From: Kudoa neothunni
Taxonomy: Eukaryota > Animalia > Cnidaria
Assembly (NCBI GenBank): GCA_964304625.1
Contig: OZ199840.1
Coordinates: 10,943,224-11,007,223 of the forward strand
Length of the DNA stretch: 64,000 nt
Reading direction: 5' to 3'
The position numbers were made by a program, and so were the translations under genes. The notes beneath the pieces are model-generated. The model was not told where the DNA came from. It was given only the letters and a program-made list of their open reading frames with translations, and made no database searches. Positions 41,213 through 54,314 of the stretch are shown here, one piece after another. Every line of letters starts with the position of its first letter. Positions within the stretch are counted from its first letter, which is position 1.

Positions 41213-43161
41213 ATGCCGTTAATCACTGTTTCGTCACAAAGCCCAACTGATAATACACCTGAAAGTTTACGCTCAAAATCAAATCAATTGCTTTTTAAGT
41301 TCGATTATGTGTGTTTTAATGAAAAATCGATCATAATTTAATAAACACCAAAAATATCCACTTGAACTACTGTGACCGTCTGTGATTGATGTCTTAAATT
41401 AGATAGAGATTGGAGGATTAAATTTAAAATATATTAACCAGATAATCATTATTTTTCCGTTTAGTTATGATTCTATTCATGGTACATGTCTCCACTTTGA
41501 TGGAGTGATTATCTAGCGGTTGATAAAGGTTCAAGTGTGGAATTTGATGGTCTCTAGGGAATTTTACCATTGTTGCTGCGCGTAATATTTAGTGTTGTTT
41601 TTTTAGGGTTTGTTATCCGTAATAGTAAAGTATTTTAAAAATTTAATATAGTTTGTCTCATTTTTTAATTAATTTTATTATAAGTGGTTATCGAAATTGT
41701 ATTTCTTATTGTAAAGGAATTGATTTTAATCTTATCATAAAATCTTACATCTTTTCTTTAAGGATGTTGTGATTTTATTTATTTATGTAAATATATTGTT
41801 GTAAATTTTCTGAAAAAATTAATCCAACTTGATGATATTACATATATCAATTAGAAAAATTAAATGGATTTTTGAGTATATTTATATAGTGTCATTTACA
41901 CTCACTCATCTCTCATATCTCATGACACTCATGACATACGGAAATCGGGCTTTTATTCAATAACCATAGAAATTGATATTTTATCAATATAGAATTCTAT
42001 AATTAGGTTCAATATTGTATTTAAATATGATTAACAAAAAGAGAGTATTAAAGATCTCATTTTTATATAACGGATCATTAATAGGTATTTTGCGCCAAAA
42101 ATCGAGATACAATATGACTATATTTATATATTTATTGATATAATAAAAAATATTTAATTTTCTAAAGCATATTTTTAAATATAATAGCATTTAAATCTAT
42201 TTGTTGAATTATAATATCAATTTTAATTTTAATTGATTGGTCAAAAAAATGTATAAACGTGTATGACAAAGAGAAATTTGATTTAACGCAGAGAAGAAAT
42301 AATTACAAGTTATATTATTATCGAAAAGTTTAAGAAATCACTTCTTCCGTAAATATTAATAATTTCGTTGGTTTTAAATGATAATTGAAGTTATAAAAGG
42401 CGAATATTCCAAGAAATAAATTAATGGAGGAAAAATCCTCGAATCAGATGTTGAATCTAAGATCTAAAAGCTAACAAAATGATTTCAAATATTACAATAG
42501 ATTGTGATTATCAAAATATTTAAAATTTATAAATATGATTGGAGTTAGAAGGAAGATATCTTGTGGTCAAAGGCTTAAAATAGGATAATCTTCTCAGTTT
42601 GACACTTGTCACATGGCGTGGGGGGTTAATTTTTACAGTAATAAATATTTAATAGAATTTTTGTAGTTTAAGTTCTACCAAAAATCATTTTATTTTCAGT
42701 TATTAGGAAATAAATGGAATAATATTTTTATTATAGACATTATGATATTAGGAGGGAAAATTTATGATTTTAAAAGGCGGTAAAATAATAATTGAAATGT
42801 ATTTTTTATGGAATATGCATGCGCGAAAATTTAAATACAATTAATAATGACACAAAAAGCATATTATACAAAATAATAAGTATTTTAATATTCATGTCTG
42901 ATTAAATTTTCTATTGTAAATTTTTGCAGAGGCTTTCTGAAAAAATATATCAATAGGAGTGATAATTTTAATAATTTTTTTCTATTCTACTGTGATACTT
43001 TACTTTGCGGACCATTATTGCATAATTTAAATATTATTTCTTCCTCAGTAGGATTTTTTTTGGTTTTAAATTTACAATAAATATCATCAATTGCAAATGA
43101 GCATGTTCAATATTCAAAATAGGAGTACAAATACCCTGGATAATGTTTGGCGTTGTTCGGG
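41213..43161 (+). pseudogene. Degenerate SIK/MARK (AMPK-related) kinase-like gene built from micro-exons
   Basis: Exons 41465-41481, 41517-41528, 41558-41581 and 41607-41629 splice in frame to YDSIHAVDKGNFTIVAARFVIRNSK (compare SIK YDIEGTLGKGNFAVVKL). Later fragments are GGKIYDF (about 42751), RLSEK (about 42930) and EYKYP..NVW (about 43123). Confidence 0.5.
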
Positions 43162-43747
43162 GTAAGTCTACATTCTTGAGTGTTCCAAGATGGCATTCAA
43201 ATAATCAGTAAGATATTGATTTCCTTTAATGAAAATTTTTGTTAACAAATTCTAGGGATGTTTTACATTAATATTTTCAAAATTACTTAAGTTGTCATAC
43301 AATTTTTATACACGTTCTCCATGCAAATAAGACACATGATATGGAGTTTAAATTAGAATTTTCATTATAATAAGTTAAAACTTTGGGATTTTTAGATTTA
43401 TGAACTTACTAAAGTGGAATAAAAAAATAGTCAATTTTAAATTACTGGTTAAAAAAGTTGCAGGAACAAACTCCAAAATTGAAAATAGTATTTTCAGGAA
43501 ATACCGTTTTCCCTTGATATCTAATTATTTTAATTGCGAGCTCATACATTTTCTGTAATTTGTATAACATCCAAACAAAATCCAATGGGAATATATTGTT
43601 GAGATATTGCCATGGAGAGTATAAAGCTATATAAACACCATTTTATATGTGCTATGAAAATAAAAAACTACAAGTGTAATAATTGGTCATAGTAGTAAAA
43701 ATAATCATTGGGGTGTTATCTCCGGATACAAACGCCCACTATCTCAA

Positions 43748-46019
43748 CCTTCCGAGCGCTTCAAAATCGACTATACACTTAGTGTTTTGGGATCTATTAG
43801 ACCCCACTTTTTTATTTAATATTATGAATTCAAGTAACTTTAAAAATTTCATCGTGCAAAAATTAAAAAATTCTATCGACAAAATCGTACAATATTGACA
43901 AAAAACATCAGACGGCGACGTTTTCCGATAACACCCGAAAAATGTTCAAGTCTATATATTCTTGTTAAATACATTTTTACGAAATATTATTTAACAAGAA
44001 CTTTCAGAAATATTTAAAATAATATGTATTAAAATATCTTATAATTAATTAAATAAAAACATTACGGCACAGCAAAATAGTTATCAACGAAATGAACTCC
44101 GACGTTCAACGTAAACACATATATTAATGTAAAAGTTAATATTTGCAATCTGTGACCTTCTATATTATTATTGTTATTATTGTTGTTATTATTGTTGTTA
44201 TTATTGTTGTTATTATTGTTGTTATTATTGTTGTTATTATTGTCGTTATTATTGTTGTTATTATTGTTGTTATTATTGTTGTTATTATTGTTGTTATTAT
44301 TGTTGTTATTATTGTTGTTATTATTGTTGTTATTATTGTCGTTATTATTGTTGTTATTATTGTTGTTATTATTGTTGTTGTTATTATTTTTATTATTATT
44401 GTTGTTGTTATTATTATTGTTGTTGTTGTTATTATTGTTGTTGTTGTTATTATTGTTGTTATTATTGTTGTTGTTATTATTTTTATTATTATTGTCATTA
44501 TCTGTAAGTTTAAGAGCATTGTAATATCATTATTTATATCAGGTCTACAATAAATCGATGGTCTCCCTCTAATTAACACTTTAATATGTACGTCAAAACA
44601 GAAATCTCATTCCGCAAAAATATGATATGTGTAATGTAAATATTATTTTTGTATAATGAACAGTTAAAAAAAGCACGTTAGGAATGTTCTTCGAAGCAAT
44701 GTTTCTTATATACAACACATATATGCATTGTCTTACGATCACTGTACTGTATCTTAGGCTTACAGTTACAGCACATAGTTTACGGGATTTTTTGGAACAA
44801 TAGTGGTGCTATTCGGATTTCCTACTCTTAATTTAGTTAAAAATTTAGCGCCAATGAACTGCTGAAGAAACGGAATGTGTTAGTGATATTCTCTAAAAAT
44901 TAGGCTCTTTTGATTTCTCCATCATTGAATATGATTTTGCATAAGCAAAACGCGTTAGAGAGATTTACGTCGTTATTATACAAAATAATTCCTGATCCGC
45001 GCCTGGAATATCTTTTTAAGGTTGTGGTGGTGAAAATCCGATCAATTGTATCAATAGCTCATTTAATTTTGTTATAATAATTGATGCTACCCGGCTTCTT
45101 TTCTTCATCATTCAATATATTTGTATAAGCTGTTGAATTTGCTAAAATTAAAAAATCCCTATTATTTTGGGGACTTACTTAAGGGTCCAGAATTCTCTTT
45201 TCATTCAACAGAAAAATTATGCTAAATAACTCCCTTGTTTTATTTTTTTGCATTATACGAGGAAAATTCCTTTTATAAGTTAAAACCATGGTAGGAACCA
45301 TTTTCAATAACTGAAATCTCTTTACAACAATGATTATAAGATTATAATAATGAAAGTCAAACATATTGATATTTGTATTACACGCAACTTTTCCGTAAAA
45401 ATTATCATTCAAAAATACGTCAAAAAATCTGTTATAAGAAAGATTCTCTGAGCAGCAACATTCATAAGGCCTTCCTTAATAAGTTTTCTTTTAGTATTTT
45501 GGAGGTTTTTAAGGCTTCTGTAGCCCAGATAAGGTTATTGTCATCATATTCAGATAAATTAGTAGCAGAATCAATATAATCAGAGGAATCGATGATTTCA
45601 CTGAAGTCGGGACTATAATCGGCGGAATATATTTCGTTAAAGTCCTCCACGAAGACAAATATCCCTAATAAGCACGTTTCGTGTATAATCGTATAAACTC
45701 GTTGACAAGTATATCTCATTTTTCTCTTTATTTCGTCGATAGATTTTGCTCATATTTTCAATTCCAATTTATTATAATTTTATACATAAAATGATTAAAT
45801 TAAATTGCATAGTCTATTGGACCCCCAAAACACCAAGTGTACAATTTTTAGTTTATTTTCCATCTATTAGTGATAATTTAAAAACTATTTGGCAGACATA
45901 TAATGTAGTAAATTTCATAAGAATAGACCGAGTTTTAGAAAATTTAGATGATTGGAAATGGGCAAAAACTAACCTTTAATATGGCTAGGGGTGTAATAGA
46001 CCCCAAAAGCCCTCGAAAT
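43748..46019 (-). mobile_element. Decayed piggyBac transposon with transposase relic
   Basis: End CCTTCCGAGCG..GGGATCTATTAGACCCC matches the ends of 27828-28868. Minus strand gives an acidic N-terminus (ORF 45462-45719), DNFY, KKPGSINYYNKIK*AIDTID and the C-terminal Cys motif CCNCKPKIQYSDRKTMHIC..HCFEEH. Confidence 0.8.
44162..44495. repeat. (ATTGTTGTTATT)n 12-bp / trinucleotide compound microsatellite
   Basis: Directly visible; it produces the poly-L, VVII and ITTI ORFs and lies inside the piggyBac relic. Confidence 0.97.
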
Positions 46020-46957
46020 GCAAAAGTTTCTCATGATTCATAAATTTTCGCCGAAGGATTTTTTTTCGATTATTATTAATATTATAGGAGAAAAACGTGT
46101 TTATAATCAACAGTAGTTAACTTATGGTTTCTTTAACCGTTGCAATAATATAAACTTACTAATGGGATAAGTAGTATTTTTAACTTTTACATGGAAAATC
46201 TTTTAATTTTGTTTGTCCTATAGACATAGTATGATTATGAAAATCTTCAATCTCAGTGATTTCCACATAGTTATATGAAGTGTTCTTTATCTACCTTTAC
46301 TTTTCCTGCCATATCCAATATTCGCACATATTATTCAGTTTGAAATTATTATTGTAAAAAATCTCTTTACAATAAATCATATATTTACTCTTTTTAATGT
46401 TGACAGCGGAAAATACACGGTGGAGTATTATTCGGTTCATATCTTTATAATTGCACACAACGAATTGCTGTGTAATTATTATTAAACTTCGCTCAAGCGC
46501 CAAAAAATTCTCGCTTTTAACTAAAATTTATAATACCTCCAAAGACTCTGATAAACTTCATGTAATTATTTAAACTGATTTTTATTAGAATATAATTCTA
46601 TAATACAGATAACAAATGTAACCGGTTAAAATTCATAATAAGTAGGAGGATTAAGTTTATCCAATTTTCAATTCCATTCATAAATAGTTGTCATATTCGA
46701 TTAATTTATATAAAAAATAACTAACTATTCAAAAAATCAATCATCCAGTTTCATTTGAAGCTGGAAATATTAGATAGTGTCATTTAAAATTATAATTTAC
46801 ATAATATCCACCTCTAACGATTTTATTATCAAAATAAATGAGTGACGGTACTTTTTTATATAAGGAAAGTAGTTACCACTCTTAAATTTGCAATAAAATG
46901 CGTTAACACTCTCCAGTTTTTAAATCAAAAGGCTCGCGCAGAACCCAATCGTTTAAA

Positions 46958-47851
46958 ATGGATAAGGCTTTACGTGCACTTCTTGGCGACAGCCTCAAAA
47001 GACAAATGATGAAGTTTTATAAAACTGAAATCGACACCAACTACATGCTATCCAGAACCTCGAAAAGCAAGTTAATTGAAGACAAAGTTTTTCCCTATGT
47101 GCGTTTTCCAGCTCGATTGGATCCCATTCCTATTGACACTGGAAAAATGAAACCTCTTTTTACCGAGAATCTTCTTAACAATCATCAAAAAAAGTATATT
47201 GGAGAGTGCGTAGAGAATTACAACGAGAGTGTTAAAAAATATTTCGCCGAGAGTACTCCCCACCTAGAATCTAGATTGCTTAGCGTTAGTCTGATTGGGT
47301 ATGTATGCTAGGTACGCCTGGAGTGGAACACGAGAAACTGTTAGGCGCTATCAATCACTACGGTGGTGCTATTATCAATATGAAAATCTATTGGAATACA
47401 CTCTCCGAAGAGGGTGAACCGAAAGGCCCACAATTTGACCTATTTCGAATTATACAACGTGATTTCGGTACCACCGCCAAAATGATTGACGAACTTAAAG
47501 CCACATGCATGGATATTAAGGGTTATGGCTGGGGATGGTTGGTAATTAATTGTTAATATTGTGACAATAATAATGGTTTTTATTGTTGCGGTAACGTGAT
47601 AGGGATTTGATGTCACCACCAACAGTCTGTCTATTGCTAGCACGCCAGATGAAATTCCACTCCAAATGAGAACCGGTCTCCTACCGCTTTTCGGCATTGA
47701 CATGTGGGAACATGCTTACTATTTACAATACAAAAACCTCAAAGCGGACTATCTGAATTCAGTTATTTCAAGACTCAACTGGAAAAACGCCAGTCAACTT
47801 TTGGACGAATATCAAGCGATTGCACTCGATTTGCATTCAAAATTAGACTAA
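46958..47851 (+). CDS. SOD2: Fe/Mn superoxide dismutase homologue (SOD2-like) with substituted active-site residues
   Basis: Three exons. Motifs RDFG, GYGWGWLG and GLLPLFGIDMWEHAYYLQYKN..DYL..LNWKNA. Long basic N-terminal extension. The N-terminal His motifs are degenerate. Confidence 0.85.
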
Positions 47852-47910
47852 TCAAAAACAATTGATAGCTGTTATACGCTTTAACAGTTTTTCTTAAGAG
47901 GTTTTTTATG

Positions 47911-50900
47911 CTACAAAAAAGCGCAGTCAGAAGATCCATAGTAATAATAGTGGATTTGTTTGGAGGGGTGTTGTGTGTCAATCCAAAGGGTGCCTTCTTC
48001 TATCATCTGATCCTAATAATTTGTATTATTAAATAAATATTATAAATTTATATTATTAAATAAATATTGATAATTAATAAATATTATAAGTAGACCTTGC
48101 AATTATTTGCGTTCATATTTGTAAATTCGATGAATATTTTGAATGTCGAATTTTCGGTGTTTATCAGTAAAAACAGGATTAGGTAAAAAAATTTCAACGC
48201 ATACCTTCCCGCACATTAATAATTATGTAGGCTTGAATGTCTCATTGTTTTAGAATTTTTTGTTAAATGGGACCTTTTATATTATCATTATTATTTTTAA
48301 CTAAATTTAATCCATACTCAAATTATGTTTGACTTAAGGTTTTATAAATTGTTCGGACTACATTATCAATAATTATCTGAACGTGAAATTTTTTCCCGCC
48401 TCAAATATCACTCATAATCCTCCGAAATTATTAATTAGATCACTTTCATGAATTTCGATATCGCTAATTTATAAAAATAAACTTACGATTTGATTGGAAA
48501 AGCAGTCAAAAAATAAAGAATAGAATTCATGTAGTACGCTTGCGCCAATTTAAAAAACATAAAGAAGACGTTAGAGGATAAAAATTAAGAGAAATTATTA
48601 GATTTTAATTATTAGTTTTTAACTATTAGATTTGGAGTTATTCACTTCCGTAACAATTAAAAAAAAAGCTACGCATACGAAGCCTACGGAACATTAAGAC
48701 AATATCCAGTGTCTTAAATAAAGTGCGGTCACACGCGTGTGGCTGCGTCTATTGACATTGGTCCGACAGATTAGCATCGCGTGTTTTATAAATTTACTTT
48801 AAATTTGTATACCATTAAATTTAACATCATAAATAACAATTCAATGATAAACATATCTAAAAATTATGTTTGATTGAAGAATAAGTAGGAAGACCCTATT
48901 TAGAAACGGATAACATCAAGATTTTTACGGTTAAACTTATGAAACGTTATATTTTTGAATCAAAGAATTCACTACGTTTAACTTTTCATAAAAATCTAAA
49001 CTTCATATTTATATATTCTGATGACTTAACTTTGTGTTATAGTGACCCCTAGAGCGCACCTACAAATAATAAATAATGGGGTTCAAATGTATTTTACTCT
49101 ATTTTTAAAAATACGAAAATATTATTTATATCAGCCCGATAATTTATCCGTATTTATTTTCAATAAAGAAATACTAATGAGTTAGTTCACACGAAGTTTA
49201 ATATACAAATAATTTATGTGGTCAGCAGCCAAGTAGTTTAACATATTTATATCCAAATATTTATAAAAATTATATTAACTATTTAATTAAAATAAACATT
49301 TTTTAACACCCCAATAAAATAATTATACATTTTCTTTTAATTTTCAAAAAAACTATATTAATTATGGTAGAATATTCTTAAACGATGAGCTTATATAATG
49401 TTGGTTACATGTTACATGTTTGATAACATAATTAGAGAAACTTAGAAAAATTTTAAAAGTTAATTTAAAAACGATATTACTAAACAAATCCGCCTTATAA
49501 CTCTAATCCTGCTAACATCAGAAAGAGTATTTACTGTATGATTTAAATCATTCAATAATATTACCGATATGATTTCATGGGACATTATAATACTCGAACA
49601 TATCGTTTTTGTGCACTCTCAATGACTTTGCAATTTAATATGGAAATATTATTGTTGTCCTGATATTCGACTCGAATTGTTAGATTCTCAATTTCAACTC
49701 TGAAATGCGACAAATTATAGCACTAACGTTAAAAAACTATTCTTGTTAATGTTAATATCACTATCTTCTAATCTACCATCGACGCTGTTCATCTAATATG
49801 TATAACAACGCTATCCTGTATAATGTTCCATAAAATACAACGTTACAACATTACAACATTACAACATTGTGTTGATACTATGGCTAATTAATCGATTTTA
49901 CATAAATATACTCGAAAAAATAAAACAATATAATGATAAATAAAATAATAAAATCTGAATAACATGAACAAGCTATATCGGTATGATTTCCCAATCAAAT
50001 GTATGTTTTTAAACGTTGTACTATAATAACCAATTTTATTTTACTAAATATGGTGCAAAAAAGGCAAAACCAATATAAAACTTATCTGCCAGTCAAATAC
50101 ATACTGGCTACACAATAAATGCCGATAAATTCTTAAAAATTCGACGAACATAGATTTTATTCGAAAATTAAATGAAAATGTATAATGTATAATGTATAAT
50201 GTATTATTATTATTATTATTATTATTACTATTATTACTATTATTTGGGGAAATTTGACCAAGAATTTCATAATAATAAAGGTTAAAATGTAGACTTGTGG
50301 CCGTAATCCAAAATCAACTATTACTATAAAAATCTAACTTATTTATTATTTTAATTTGTTGTATTTATCATTGTTTCATCCCCAGTAGGAAGTAGGAGTA
50401 GGTTATTATCGGCATTATATTTGTTATCAATAATAGTTTCCGTAATATATTCTTTAAAAAACTGCTAGCCCCTCGCAGTTATCTCCACAGGCCATACCAT
50501 TTAATCGGTCGAATAAAAATTGCTTAATTTATACTAAAATTTGAGTGTTACAACCATGATTTTTGATCGATTGTCATATTTCATCCTTAGCAATTGCCCA
50601 TCATTAATTCCATGTGTATAAGAATAGGTTGTTCATATTTTATACCAGCATTAGTTGATTAATTGGAGCGAATGTATAAATTTACTTTAAAAAATTAATT
50701 CGGTGGATGAAATCCACTCATTCCTATCATTAAATTTTCAGCAAATATAACATTAATTTAATTTAAAAGATGTAGGATTAATATACGAACTAATTATAAT
50801 GTTTAATCGGAAAATGCGGCCACTATTCTGCATTTCAGCCATAATAAATATATATGGGTTGCAATATATATTTTTCATTTTTCTGCGTTATAAATATATA

Positions 50901-51970
50901 ATAAAATTAAAATAACTTTATAATAGACACGAGTTTGTTAAAAAAAGTAATATTAAGATTATGTGGTCAATTATACAATTCAAATATTCACATACCTTGC
51001 ATTGAAATAGAAGAATAATTGGTTTATTAATTTTTGTTTAGGATTAAAAAAATATTTATTACCAATGCAAATTGGATTCGATCCATATTCCAATGACTCA
51101 AACTTTTCTGAATCACTTCAAAGGATAATGAACAGTTTTCCTTTTTAAATAAATCATAAAAAAATAACAAGTGAATATACGAGCTTACTTCGGCAAGTTT
51201 TAACACAGTTAAATGGTCATTGCTGAATGTATTCATGGAGAGAAATATTTTACCGTTTTTCAACTCAATCACCTGGATGAAAGAGCCAAGAATTTTTGTT
51301 TTATCCACCGCTTTTAGAATGTCATTAGAGGTCACTTGTTGATGACTTTTCTGGGAAAGATATTCAACAAGTTGATCGATCGCCACAAATCCGCCAGTGG
51401 AATCCATTTGTGCGGTCATAATTTCGATTATTCTAATAGCGAGCTATTATAACAATTTTAATATCCATGATATTATTACAATTATCTAAAGTATTATTAA
51501 AATTATGTATAACCTTATAATAGAACTCATGGAAACCAGTCAACATTCCCCAAATATTAGTATTCGCTAGTTGAATAAATTTAAAAACAAATATCATCGA
51601 ATCAATCCGTTAATAGAGAATTCTATTCACTTTCAAGAGGGTCCAAACCAACTTGTGAGCACATTTCTAAAAATTTCTCTCTAAATTCGTGACTGTATTT
51701 TAATTTTGTGCTGTATGATTTGGAAAATTCTTGAAGATTCTCTTTGAATTTTTTCATAATTTCACTCATCTGGTCGAAAAAATTTAATTTAATTGTATTT
51801 TTTATTTCTAGGTACTTTTTCAGTTTCATCATTGGTTAGCTGAACCATTTTTGATTCATATCGTTTCTAAAGATTGTAAATAATTCTATCAACTCATTTT
51901 ATGGGAGAGTGGAATAAACTTTTTCAGCTTTTTGCGCATCAATAGCTCCAATACCGTATTTTCGCCTCAT
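47911..51970 (-). CDS. SNF8: ESCRT-II subunit SNF8/Vps22/EAP30
   Basis: Motifs MRRKYGIGAI.., EFREKFLEMCSQVGLDPL, EFYYKLAIRIIE..STGGFV and DILKAVDK. Last exon 47911-48012 (DQMIEEGTLWIDTQHP) follows an intron at 48013-51062. Confidence 0.9.
50280..50840. mobile_element. Merlin-type MITE, copy B (within the SNF8 long intron)
   Basis: TIR GGTTAAAATGTAGA..GGCCG / CGGCCACTATTCTGCATTTCAGCC with a perfect 8-bp TSD ATAATAAA. Homologous to 21910-22590. Confidence 0.8.
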
Positions 51971-52005
51971 CCCCTAAATAAACACACTGTTGACATGCGC
52001 CAAAG

Positions 52006-53179
52006 ATGCTACTTTGCGAGGCTGTAGCGAACGACGTTAAAACATTAATTTATCAGTTTTCCGCACAAAATGATTCTAGCTATTCAGAATTTTTAAAGGT
52101 GTGGGCTAATGTCAAATTTCCTTTGATTTTGTGGTGAATGATAAAATTATTTTCTCAATATTTAATGTGGTTTTTAGCGCCCGACCTCAACTACAACGTA
52201 ACGAAGTACACGGAAAATCGTAGTTTCATAAATGAAAATGTTGCTATAGATATTTAACTATGTGATGTATAATTTCGTGAAAATTCTACGAAGTTCTGGT
52301 GGTATTTTACCGCAAATCGGCTGCATTTATGGAATGTTTTCGATGTGCGGGCTAAAAAGGCTAAATTGCGCTGAGATTTTCGTAATTATTTCAATCAAAT
52401 TAAAAACTATTTAATATGATTTTAATTAGATTCGGATTCCTATGGATTTTGTTGATGGCTTCAATCTATTTGTTTCCTATTTGAAACTTCACAAGGTACA
52501 TCATAAAAACACAGTTTTTGTGAATTTTCCAGAAAACCTATTAATCCTTTTTCTAGTACTATGAACCACTGTATATGATTATTTTTATGAAATCACATGA
52601 TTACTTTATTGTCTCAGTTGAATCGAGTTTAGTAAGTTAATTATTGTTGTGTGTATTTGCTTCAATGTGGGCTTGGTGTTATTTAGTATGATTATGGAGC
52701 TAGATCCTCCCTTTACACACATTCAAGTGAGAATCATAAGGAGACTAATGACATTGGATTTGTGCAAAATTTAGTTAAAAACAAAATCAACTCGGATAAA
52801 GTATTTTATTCGAAATTATTTATTTTTAAGGTGTTAGGATCGGATTGACTAGGATTTTATTTAGAATCTCTCGTACACCGAAACCGACTACAATCTATCC
52901 AAAATTCGTATTAAATGCCTATTAAATACATTCCACTCCAAATCACACGATGATGAATCCAAAAAATTAAAATCTGATAAGTCGAATAATGCATCCGACC
53001 CTAAAGCTTTAGATAATGAAGATTCAGTTCCTGGGTGGATTTTCGAAGATATCGGTCCTTCCAAAACTGCTGAAAATCATGATGAGAAAAGTCACCAGCT
53101 TGACTTTCTCACAGATAACTTTACGTTTGGTGAAATAATCAATCACATCAACATAAAACAACAAAAGCGGCGGAATTGA
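52006..53179 (+). CDS. SNAPC1: snRNA-activating protein complex subunit 1 (SNAP43)-like, multi-exon; missed by the ORF track
   Basis: Spliced: MLLCEAVANDVKTLIYQFSAQNDSSYSEFLKVWANVKFPLI..QIGCIYGMFSM..IRIPMD..YYEPLYMIIFMKSHDYF. This follows the SNAP43 pattern (D..LL..F...S.RF..F...W..M.F..I; RVGALYLLY; KIRV; D..YIF..L...AF). Confidence 0.7.
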
Positions 53180-54022
53180 GCTGACTTTTTTATTTTTTTA
53201 GAAAATTATTTTTCTCTCTTAATTTAGTTTAAAATTATAATTCATTCTGTTTAAAATTTTTAGTTTTAAATTCAATTCATTATTATATTGCAAAAAACGC
53301 GAATTAAATAAAACTTTAAATTTAAAAAATTTTTTTGAATCGGTTTCATTACCATTTTAAGATTTAGATGTGCGTATATAAAGAAATTATGTAAAATATT
53401 AATCAACTACATTGGTTGAAATCGGTGAGTTCAGCTGATGTATTAGTAAGGATGCGTGCGATTAACAATTTTTCTTTTTTTTAAATATATTAATCTTACT
53501 ACAAATAATCCGCCATTTTGAAAATAATTTTAATCCGGCACTAAATTACCATTTACAGCGGGCAGCCGATTTTTCGTACTCAAGGAAATCTTATGATCGA
53601 CGTTTTAGAACCGTCATTATTTTAAACGAATCATCATCATCATCATCATCATCATCATAATTCAATTCTATTATAATATTTGTGAAATATTAATTTGACG
53701 AAGAGAAGATAAAAATAATATTCTTTAGTTGGATGGCTAATTTGTACAAAGTTTGTATATTTTCCATTTGTTTCTTCTTCAAACTGTTGTTTTAATAATC
53801 AGAGTATGTTATATTTTTAACCGTACATATTGCTTTACGGTATTCGTACTTCCACATGAATACCAATCTCTTTTACAATCATTTACTAGTCATTTTATCA
53901 TGTTATTGCCTGTATTTACGGAAGGTATTTTATGTCAAGAGAAATAGGGAAATCTAGGTAATATAATAATTCTAATTTTAATAGATAAAGCCATATTAGT
54001 AATAATTGCTGTAAACCAGGTA

Positions 54023-54314
54023 CGAGTCGATTTTTACGAAAAAACCGGAGTATAATAAAAACATATATTTAATAACTCATAAGAATTTGTTTCCACTCAA
54101 GGCGTTCATACAATTAGAATTGAAAGCATTTAGGGAGCATGTAAAAGGAAAATTAATACTATTCGTATTAAGAAACCTAATCTAATTAAGTTATATTTAT
54201 CAGAACACACTTTCAAACAAATTGAAAATGAGGTTTTTAGGGAAACTACAAACGAAATATAACTTATTTACACTTTTGATTGATTAAATATGTTTTTTCG
54301 TAAAAATCGGCTCG
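54023..54314. mobile_element. MITE with 22-bp TIRs (possibly Tc1/mariner type)
   Basis: TIRs CGAGTCGATTTTTACGAAAAAA / TTTTTTCGTAAAAATCGGCTCG. TA on the left flank only. Confidence 0.6.

Noticed and set aside
41455-41490. GAPDH-like YDSIHG motif
   Set aside because: No other GAPDH sequence is nearby; the segment is better explained as a micro-exon ending at a GT donor.
44143-44579. Poly-Leu, (VVII)n and mucin-like (ITTI)n ORFs
   Set aside because: These are translations of a 12-bp satellite inside a piggyBac relic; there is no signal peptide or splice context.
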